Of a DNA stretch of 64,000 nt, positions 28,518-36,220 are shown piece after piece. The position numbers and the translations under genes were made by a program. Under the pieces are notes generated by a model. The model worked only from the letters and a program-made list of their open reading frames with translations. It did no database searches and was not told the origin of the DNA. The stretch's first letter is position 1. Each line of letters begins with the position of its first letter. Origin of the DNA: Anaerolineales bacterium UBA6055 (GTDB taxonomy: Bacteria; Chloroflexota; Anaerolineae; Aggregatilineales; Phototrophicaceae); assembly GCA_002428985.1 (NCBI GenBank), contig DIYL01000059.1:127573-191572 (forward strand), in the 5' to 3' direction.

Positions 28518-29091
28518 ATGGCAACCAATCCGCTTGATCGCAAATGGACAGCCGAAGAATATTTAGCCTACGATGACGCATCCGATATTCGCCATGAATT
28601 TCTCAACGGTAAACTTATTGCAAAAATCTATGAAACATCCAATCATAGCATCATTGTTTCAAATACATCCGCTATATTGTGGCAACTAGCCCGCAAAAAT
28701 GCTTGTCGTGCCCGCCTATAATCAAATGCTAACTAAAATTAACAATGATACCTATTTCTATCCTGATGTGTTGGTAACATGTGGAAAATCAGAATATGAA
28801 ACTGAAAATAATACAATGCCCCTAAACCCAACCGTCGTCATTGAAGTTACCTCAAAATCATCGGAAACATTTGACAAGGGCTTAAAAGCTGAGCTATATC
28901 GCAGTATTGAATCAGTCAAAGTGTATCTCGTCATCGACCAGCATCGTGTCTTTGCCCAACTATCAACCCGTCAACACAATGGTTGGCTTTTGCAGGAATT
29001 CACAAAAATCCATCAAGCGATTCCATTGAGATCAATTAATGTCGATTTGCCTCTCAGTGATGTCTATCTCGATATAGAGTTTGAAAGTTAA
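28518..29091 (+). pseudogene. Uma2 family endonuclease, frameshifted
   Basis: ORFs 28518-28721 and 28699-29091 together align end-to-end with the 3041-3613 protein. The frame changes around 28705-28718. The AMSGGT-type segment is also degraded (IAKIYETSNH). Confidence 0.75.
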
Positions 29092-29102
29092 GACGGGAAG
29101 TA

Positions 29103-29480
29103 TTATCTGAGAGTTTTTGTTATACCAACACCCGTCCCAGCAAGGATTAGAGTTGTATCTTGAGGCAATTTGATTTTGTAGAGTTTGCGTCGAAATGGAG
29201 AGCCAATCAACTCATCATCACTACGATTATTGAAGTCCTCTAGTCTACGGGCAATCTCCAACATTTCTGAATCAGACCCGATTGAAAAATGAGCTCCATT
29301 CCATCGCTTATACAATTGACCTGAAAAATATTCAACTGACCCAAATATATAATAGAATTGCTTTTCGGGGTTTTCCAGATGTCGCAAATGAATACGTAGT
29401 TGACCATGCCCTTTGTTATAGTCGAAAATCTTGCATGTATATGACTCAGGATTTTTGAGATGCGGAAACTGATAATCCAT
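29103..29480 (-). CDS. Hypothetical protein
   Basis: 125-aa ORF with no recognisable motif. The alternative-frame ORF 29240-29509 was judged less protein-like. Confidence 0.4.
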   Translation of the reverse strand: MDYQFPHLKNPESYTCKIFDYNKGHGQLRIHLRHLENPEKQFYYIFGSVEYFSGQLYKRWNGAHFSIGSDSEMLEIARRLEDFNNRSDDELIGSPFRRKLYKIKLPQDTTLILAGTGVGITKTLR

Positions 29481-29549
29481 AGGGACTCCTGTGGTAAGTT
29501 TTCACCCAATATTATACAGTCGCCAAGATAGATTAACGTTAGTCGCAGA

Positions 29550-30104
29550 CTATTCTCTAGCTTTCAACCAAGCTTGCACCTGTTCCAACCAATCCTCTGC
29601 ATCATCAACTCCGCTGACATGCGTCAAAGCACGTTTCGCAAATACCGCATCCACATCCATCGTTCCCGCATCATACTCAACAACATCAATCAAATACTGC
29701 GCATAATCAAAGTCACCCATCGCTACCAAAAGTGTTGACCCCGCCGATACACGTAACTCGGCATTCGATTTGTCGTTAGCAATTTCCAGAAATTCAGCCG
29801 TCGTCTCCCATGCTTCGACCGTATTCATATCAGCACGTAGTGACTCTGCAAACGTCAGCCCCCACCGCTCTTGGATGAGGCTAAGACTTTCATCAACAAG
29901 GCGTTTCATAATGGGTTGAATCGCAGGTAATTTTTCATGTTCGCTATCATCGGCAATTGCCCGTGCCACAGCGATCATATCATTGGCAGTCAACGTGACA
30001 CCGTTATCAATCAATAGCCGTTTAAATTGGCTGAGTAACACGCGCATCAAATCAAAAAACGGGGCGCTACCTAATTTATCATCAGGGGTAGGTGGTAAAG
30101 TCAT
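29550..30104 (-). CDS. Hypothetical protein (all-helical, acidic)
   Basis: 184-aa ORF with coding-like composition and no recognisable motif. Confidence 0.5.
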   Translation of the reverse strand: MTLPPTPDDKLGSAPFFDLMRVLLSQFKRLLIDNGVTLTANDMIAVARAIADDSEHEKLPAIQPIMKRLVDESLSLIQERWGLTFAESLRADMNTVEAWETTAEFLEIANDKSNAELRVSAGSTLLVAMGDFDYAQYLIDVVEYDAGTMDVDAVFAKRALTHVSGVDDAEDWLEQVQAWLKARE

Positions 30105-30232
30105 GATTACTCCATTGAATTAACTTTTATTGATTGTACAAGACATCAGTAGTTTGCTTGAGGGTTTTCGGATTGGTTTAAATGAGCAATCTATGTGTAT
30201 ACTTATCATAGACATACAGTGAGGTTTACATT

Positions 30233-31237
30233 ATGACGAAATCTAAGCGCAAAAATGATGAGATATTACAGCCTACCTTTTTACGATTCGTCAAATACGT
30301 TATTCTTGTGTCTATTAGTCTTATCGTACCGTTAGCGTTGATGTTTTTTTGTTCAACTACTGTACTAATGATTAGCTCGCATACATCAGATTGTTTCATG
30401 AGTCCATGTCTTCCCGATTGGGACGACATGAACGATGTGGCGGATTATTATAATTTTTACATCCCATCCTCAGCAAGTAATATCAAGTATGTTAATGATG
30501 ATGCTGATGCATTCTTCGAAATCCATTTTGATCTACCTAAGAATGATTTTGATAGCATTAGGAATCGTACTTGCCAAGGTAACTTCCAAGCAGGATATGA
30601 TCCATCTCAAAGCAAACATCAATTTTCGAGCGAATACCCAACTATACTTATAAAATCCTTTGAGTATCCCTTTTACTCACACTCAGTTGATACACCAACT
30701 CATATCTTAGGTAAACTATGCCGTTGGGATTTAGCGATTCGTGTAGATACATCAAATCCTGATATATATAAAATCACTTATCAACGCTATGAATACACCA
30801 CAACAGCTTGCGAAGTTGAGTGTTTTACAACACAGCGTTTTATCAAACCAATTAATAATTCACTGTTTGCTGTAAGTGGATTGATAGAAAGAAATGATAC
30901 ATTTTACATAGAATTTAATACTTTATGTTTCGACAGCAAAATGTATCAAATTATCAATCCAACCAATCAATATCTACCTGCGTTTACACAAATCAACATC
31001 TCTATTGATGATATGTTCTTCCTACCTACAGGGATCGTAACTAAATATCATCGTTTAGTACGAGATTATATTCTTCTAGATGAGGAAGACCATGATTTAG
31101 CACGTTACCAACAGAGTCCACTTAATGAATTTTGTATCGAACATGATTGGGAGCAAGGTAAACATACCGTAAATGTTGAAATGATTTTGCCAGATGGCAT
31201 GATCGAAAATCACAGTTTTGATTTTTATGTCGATTAA
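30233..31237 (+). CDS. Hypothetical membrane-anchored protein
   Basis: 334-aa ORF with GAGG RBS. N-terminal TM VILVSISLIVPLALMFFCSTTVLMI, then a Cys-containing extracytoplasmic region. The gene is AT-rich. Confidence 0.5.
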   Translation: MTKSKRKNDEILQPTFLRFVKYVILVSISLIVPLALMFFCSTTVLMISSHTSDCFMSPCLPDWDDMNDVADYYNFYIPSSASNIKYVNDDADAFFEIHFDLPKNDFDSIRNRTCQGNFQAGYDPSQSKHQFSSEYPTILIKSFEYPFYSHSVDTPTHILGKLCRWDLAIRVDTSNPDIYKITYQRYEYTTTACEVECFTTQRFIKPINNSLFAVSGLIERNDTFYIEFNTLCFDSKMYQIINPTNQYLPAFTQINISIDDMFFLPTGIVTKYHRLVRDYILLDEEDHDLARYQQSPLNEFCIEHDWEQGKHTVNVEMILPDGMIENHSFDFYVD

Positions 31238-31442
31238 CCTACTAATCTCATCAGAGACAATCAAATTGTAGAACATTCATAACCAATAGATATTTATATT
31301 CTGGCAGATGCTATGTCATGTGTCCTATTTTTTATGCGATTAATACACTTCGCACAGCGGATTAAGATGCCAGAAACTACGGAACGCACTATAATAAGCG
31401 TGTTAAGTGTATTTGCTCAATCACGAATAGGAGATAACACGT

Positions 31443-31877
31443 ATGGCAACCAATATGCAAGAAGTTGATAGCCTCGTCGCAAATGAGTTTTCAGTTGAGG
31501 TTGATGGTAATGAAGTGCAAGGTGTGTTCAGTGTTGAAGGGTTGACATTGTTTCAACTGAGTGACGACGGAACACGCATGAATCCCGCATTGAAAATCAC
31601 CAAAATGGTACAACGCGATGCCAGCTTACCGTTCAATCAATGGCACAAAGAAACAATGGACAGCCGCGATTCGGATACCCGTCCAACCCGTACATTAGCT
31701 GTTGTTGCAATTGATGATGGTGTCGAGACCCGTCGCTGGACATTAAAAGATGCCTATATCACAAGCATTAGCTATTCTAATTATGACGCCGGCTCATCGG
31801 AAATGATTGAAGAACAATATACCATTGCCTACAACGATATTGAAGAAACTTGGACATTCGCGGATTCTAACGCGTAG
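31443..31877 (+). CDS. Contractile-tail tube-like protein (T4 gp19 / eCIS tube family pattern), orphan
   Basis: 144-aa ORF with GGAG 9 nt upstream. FSVEVDGNEVQGVFSVEGL, LPFNQWHKE and RRWTLKDAYITSISYSNYDAGSSEMIEEQYTIAYNDIE follow the conserved layout of tail-tube proteins as I recall it. Confidence 0.65.
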   Translation: MATNMQEVDSLVANEFSVEVDGNEVQGVFSVEGLTLFQLSDDGTRMNPALKITKMVQRDASLPFNQWHKETMDSRDSDTRPTRTLAVVAIDDGVETRRWTLKDAYITSISYSNYDAGSSEMIEEQYTIAYNDIEETWTFADSNA

Positions 31878-31890
31878 GATGATAAACATC

Positions 31891-31923
31891 TGTAGAGAAG
31901 GGAGACAGACTCTCTTCTCTACA
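31891..31923. terminator. Hairpin between convergent genes
   Basis: TGTAGAGAAGGGAG / CTCTCTTCTCTACA forms a 14-bp stem (one G-U) with a 5-nt loop. No strong T-run follows. Confidence 0.5.
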
Positions 31924-31940
31924 ATCCCTATTGAAGTCAA

Positions 31941-32660
31941 TTAGGCGCGGTCACCGAATAGATCGGGAGGACGTTGGGTAAACATATAGCCGACACCACG
32001 TTCGGTGCGGATATAGTGCGGATGGTGTGAATCCGACTCCAACTTACGACGTAAACGATGCATATGAACGCGCAGTGTATCTTCAAATACATCTTCAGAC
32101 GGCCAGACCCGCGCAATTAACATACGGTTCTCAACCACGCGCCCGGCATTACGTAACAACACGTGAAGTAAAATAGATTCAGTTGGAGTTAAGCCGATTG
32201 TCTTGCCGTTCACCACAATGCGATTATGTGCAAAATCAATGTTCAGATGTTCATCAACGCGAACAATGGGTTCACTCGCATAATCAAAGCTTGGCATACG
32301 CGCTAACACCACTTGTATACGAGCTTCTAATTCACGCAACTCAAATGGTTTTACAATAAAGTCTTCTGCATACTTTTTCAGACCTTGTACAATGGTTTCT
32401 TTATCACCTGTGGATGTCACAAAAATAATAGGGACATCTGCCATCGACTTAAGCTTATTCGCAAGTTCAAACCCGTGCATGCTCGGCAGAGATAAATCGA
32501 CGAGCGCAATATGTGGCAAACCGCGCTGGCGCACATATTCCAGTGCTTCGGGTCCATCACTAAATCCAGTAACATCATAACCAGTTTTTGTAAGATAATC
32601 TGTAATAAGCTTACTGACGTTTGTGTCGTCTTCAACCATCAGTACTTTTGATTTTTTCAT
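31941..32660 (-). CDS. OmpR/PhoB-family response regulator
   Basis: Receiver domain (VLMVEDD, ALVDLSLP, KPF) plus winged-helix output (LTPTESILLHVL, VHMHRLRRKL, GVGYMF). No histidine kinase gene is adjacent. Confidence 0.9.
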   Translation of the reverse strand: MKKSKVLMVEDDTNVSKLITDYLTKTGYDVTGFSDGPEALEYVRQRGLPHIALVDLSLPSMHGFELANKLKSMADVPIIFVTSTGDKETIVQGLKKYAEDFIVKPFELRELEARIQVVLARMPSFDYASEPIVRVDEHLNIDFAHNRIVVNGKTIGLTPTESILLHVLLRNAGRVVENRMLIARVWPSEDVFEDTLRVHMHRLRRKLESDSHHPHYIRTERGVGYMFTQRPPDLFGDRA

Positions 32661-32833
32661 TATACTATTACTCGCTTTCTGCGACTTTCGATTTTAGTGA
32701 ATTAAATGTTATTTGTAATGTAACAAATATACACTAATTGTAATACTAAGTCAAATATAAAAACAAATCGTATATAACTTTTTACATTATCTTTAGGGTA
32801 TTTGCTAAGCACTAATATAACACACCCTCAATC

Positions 32834-32860
32834 AAAAAAGCATAGTCGATTGACTATGCT
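32834..32860 (-). terminator. Rho-independent terminator of the NUDIX gene
   Basis: On the minus strand, AGCATAGTC-aatc-GACTATGCT is followed by TTTTTT, 27 nt after the stop. Confidence 0.7.
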
Positions 32861-32886
32861 CATCATCTTCGGGATAGTTATTAAAC

Positions 32887-33357
32887 TTATTGCATATCGC
32901 GCAGGTGATCTAGATTCTGTAGCATCCAGTCGCGCATCTCAGGTGTTTTAATATTTATCGTATGCAATGCAAAGGCATCGAGAGGAATTTCTTCAGGGAT
33001 AAATTCACCACGGGTTGGATCGTCGAACTCCGGCCCATGCCGTTTCGTTAGATCATAGCCATTGAGCTTGCAAATGAAGAAGTGTTCTTCTAGATATTTA
33101 CCCGCTTTTTCATGTTCAAGTATAAATGCCGTCTCTAGAACAGTCGCACTCGCACCCAACTCTTCACTAAGCTCACGATCTAATGTATCCAATAGACTGT
33201 GATCTTCATGTTCAACACCACCACCAGGAGCAACCCAATACGGTTGAGGTTTATGTGGTTTGACACGTTTAATAAACAATACCGAGTCATTACCAGTTAG
33301 CAAAATGGCACGTACACGGCGGTTTTTATTTTTCGCCTCGTCAGTGTTTGTTTTCAT
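32887..33357 (-). CDS. NUDIX hydrolase
   Basis: Nudix box GGGVEHEDHSLLDTLDRELSEELG. Confidence 0.85.
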   Translation of the reverse strand: MKTNTDEAKNKNRRVRAILLTGNDSVLFIKRVKPHKPQPYWVAPGGGVEHEDHSLLDTLDRELSEELGASATVLETAFILEHEKAGKYLEEHFFICKLNGYDLTKRHGPEFDDPTRGEFIPEEIPLDAFALHTINIKTPEMRDWMLQNLDHLRDMQ

Positions 33358-33487
33358 AGTCCCTCTAGCTTAAACGCAGATTAATGACGAATTTCACAAT
33401 CCACGTACTATCATAACAGGATTTTTGTAAATCTGCTGATAAGTTTTGATGAAATTTATTAAATTTTTATTGTTGGTTCTAAACAAT

Positions 33488-34177
33488 TCAGGATGGGTCA
33501 ACAACTTCAACAAGAATCGCAACAGCAATAGAATGACCAATAATGATCTCTTGATCATCGGCCATTTTGAGCGTAATCGGTCCTTCAAATGGATCACGAG
33601 CGCGGATTTCGAGTTCTGTTCCCATAACCATGCCACGTTCTTGTGTATGCTGTAGCATTTCAGGGTTATCCATAATAAAGCGACTAATTCGGGCTGGTGT
33701 ACCGAGGTCGAGTGTTGCCAATGGTTGCAGGTCACGTTTTGGCATCACCCCTTCTGCATCAGGGATCGGATCACCATGAGGGTCAAATTCAGGATGTCCT
33801 AACTTCGTTGCAATCGCATCAATAAAACGGTCAGACACCGTATGTTCAAGCGCTTCAGCATCATCATGAACTTGATGTAATTCATAATCTAGCTCTTGAA
33901 CCAAGTATAACTCCAGCAAACGATGACGGCGCAACATCTTAAGCGCAACCATTTCACCATTATCTGTCAAACGCACACCCTTATATTTACGATAGTCGAT
34001 TGTACCCTCTTCGACTAATCGTTGTGCCATATCGGTGACTGATGGTGCAGTGATATTTAATGCCGCAGCCAATGCATTAGTTGATACACGATCTTCGTCT
34101 TGTTGCAGTGTATAAACTGTCTTTAAAAAATCTTGCACTGCCTGAGATTTTGCTGATGTGTCTTCGCGTTTTACCAT
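33488..34177 (-). CDS. DtxR/MntR-family metal-dependent transcriptional regulator with C-terminal FeoA/SH3-like domain
   Basis: HTH segment STNALAAALNITAPSVTDMAQRLVEEG, dimerisation segment RHRLLELYL and a C-terminal SH3-like region. ATG at 34177 with GGAAAG RBS; the track starts at a TTG at 34210. Confidence 0.85.
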   Translation of the reverse strand: MVKREDTSAKSQAVQDFLKTVYTLQQDEDRVSTNALAAALNITAPSVTDMAQRLVEEGTIDYRKYKGVRLTDNGEMVALKMLRRHRLLELYLVQELDYELHQVHDDAEALEHTVSDRFIDAIATKLGHPEFDPHGDPIPDAEGVMPKRDLQPLATLDLGTPARISRFIMDNPEMLQHTQERGMVMGTELEIRARDPFEGPITLKMADDQEIIIGHSIAVAILVEVVDPS

Positions 34178-34346
34178 GTATACTTTCCGGTTATTATCAT
34201 CACGGATCAACCCATATCATATCACAAAATGTACATTTTCTAGCGACAAATCGCCCTGTATTAGTACAGTTAGTACAGTTCGGCAATAAGTGTGAGGTTC
34301 GGTACAATCAAGTCATCATCGCAAATAATTTTACAAGGATAACATT

Positions 34347-35294
34347 ATGACAGAAACGATTCGTGTCGCCGTTGCCCAAGTTTCATCGGTATTTGCAGAC
34401 AAACAAGCCTGCATCGACAAAACTCTTAACCTCATCAACGATGCCGGCAAACAAGGTGTCGATCTGATGCTCCTACCCGAGACAATGATTTCCGGCTACC
34501 CACGCGGATTTACTTATGGCGCATATGTTGGTAGTCGCTCTGATGCCGGACGTAAAGATTTTGAACGCTTCTGGAAAAGCTCGATGACCCTATCCGCTGA
34601 GGAGACAAAACCCCTGCGCGATGCTGCCAAAGCTAACAATATGACAGTCGTTATCGGTATCTCTGAACAAGGTGAAGCGGGCAATCGCGGCACACTCTAT
34701 AACAGCATGCTCTACATCGGCGCAAATGGTGATATTCTCGGCGTCCATCGCAAACTGATGCCTACCGGAACCGAACGTCTCATTTGGGGCAGTGGTGATG
34801 GCAGTACCCTCACAACAGTCGATACACCCTACGGCACTGTTGGTGGATTGATTTGCTGGGAGAATTATATGCCGTTAGCCCGCATGTCGATGTACGGCAA
34901 AGGCGTAAATATCTACCTCGCCCCAACAGCCGATGCACGCGATTCATGGCAATCGACGCTCCGGCACATCGCCTGTGAGGGACGCTGTTTTGTACTGGGT
35001 TGCAATCAATATTTTACCAAGTCGATGTATCCTAAAGACCTCGCCCTCTATGACGAACTCAAAGACCTACCCGACGAATTATGCCGAGGCGGTAGTGCAA
35101 TTGTTGATCCATTTGGAGAATATGTGTGTGAACCACTCTATGGCAAAGAAGGCGTTTTATACACCGAGTTAGACCTTAACAAAATCCATCAAGGGCATCT
35201 CGACTTTGATGTTGTCGGGCATTATCATCGCCCTGATGTTTTCAAATTCAGCGTGAACGAATCACCCAATCCGGCAGTGAATTACGATAGTTAA
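34347..35294 (+). CDS. Nitrilase (carbon-nitrogen hydrolase superfamily)
   Basis: The Glu-Lys-Cys triad context is LLPET, HRKLMPT and LICWENYMPLAR. Confidence 0.9.
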   Translation: MTETIRVAVAQVSSVFADKQACIDKTLNLINDAGKQGVDLMLLPETMISGYPRGFTYGAYVGSRSDAGRKDFERFWKSSMTLSAEETKPLRDAAKANNMTVVIGISEQGEAGNRGTLYNSMLYIGANGDILGVHRKLMPTGTERLIWGSGDGSTLTTVDTPYGTVGGLICWENYMPLARMSMYGKGVNIYLAPTADARDSWQSTLRHIACEGRCFVLGCNQYFTKSMYPKDLALYDELKDLPDELCRGGSAIVDPFGEYVCEPLYGKEGVLYTELDLNKIHQGHLDFDVVGHYHRPDVFKFSVNESPNPAVNYDS

Positions 35295-35420
35295 TTGTGA
35301 GGTTTTGAATAACATTAGAGAGTGTAGTTTACCTATCTCGCTCTCTATACTTGCATTTCAATTATTGCCAGATGCTAACTGAACCCGATTAATTGCAACT
35401 GTCCATGTTGTCGTTATTTG

Positions 35421-36041
35421 TTAATTCGCCCAAACTTTTTTAAATTTCAGACCTGTCAGATTATTCTCTTCGACGATTTGCTTGAAATCATCATTCACAT
35501 ATATCCCACTACGCCTTTGCTCCTTTAATTTAAATATGGTTGTGTTATTCGTACAATCTGGCTCAAACGAATACTTTAGAATTTTTGAAATTGTTCCACT
35601 TTTCAGATACTGGAATTCTGAATTATTATGATCAAGGCAATCAACTATCTCTACAGGATTTATAATATAGTATATTGTCTCTGTATTAATAGTATCTTCG
35701 TCTGTATAATAGACTAGGGGTAGGAATTCAATAGAGCTACCAACTACTTCCTGAATAATCACTTTGGTTTTTGAATCACATACTGGAAATCCAGATAGAC
35801 TTATAAAATTAGGAATATTTTTCTCATTATCAAAATCATATGGGTCAAACCTTACATTCAATGGTTTCCAATCGTCCAATCTAGATGAACCATCTAAAAT
35901 AGGTATGATATCAACCCGCTCGTTTCGAGTTCCCAAATATTTGTAATTCTTAGTATCAACCTGCAAAAGCCACACCCTGGGCACAATTATCTCCTCCGAA
36001 TAATTATTAAAGTCGTGAAGTTTCTTAAATGTTGTGTTCAA
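35421..36041 (-). CDS. Hypothetical protein (immunity-protein-like, DUF1629/Imm-type by loose recollection); start uncertain
   Basis: 206-codon ORF with no ATG codon at all. It opens at a TTG at 36041 without an RBS. Strongly AT-rich. The C-terminal segment reads IYVNDDFKQIVEENNLTGLKFKKV. Confidence 0.4.
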   Translation of the reverse strand: MNTTFKKLHDFNNYSEEIIVPRVWLLQVDTKNYKYLGTRNERVDIIPILDGSSRLDDWKPLNVRFDPYDFDNEKNIPNFISLSGFPVCDSKTKVIIQEVVGSSIEFLPLVYYTDEDTINTETIYYIINPVEIVDCLDHNNSEFQYLKSGTISKILKYSFEPDCTNNTTIFKLKEQRRSGIYVNDDFKQIVEENNLTGLKFKKVWAN

Positions 36042-36220
36042 AATTAAACCAGATCGTCAGGATTGTCATATGTCAAGATGGCATCACTTATAGCCTCAAC
36101 ATAATCAAACTGTGAAGTAGTTCTATGTGGTTGTGTAAGCTCATGAACATTTGCCTCAATTTTTTTAAAATTTTCGATTATGGTTGATTCGCGTGATTAA
36201 ACTACCTGAAGGATTAGTTG

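Noticed and set aside
33394-33735. 113-aa ORF overlapping the 3' part of the DtxR-family gene
   Set aside because: It is an alternative frame of a well-supported regulator gene, and its translation is implausible (Leu/Lys-rich, no motif).
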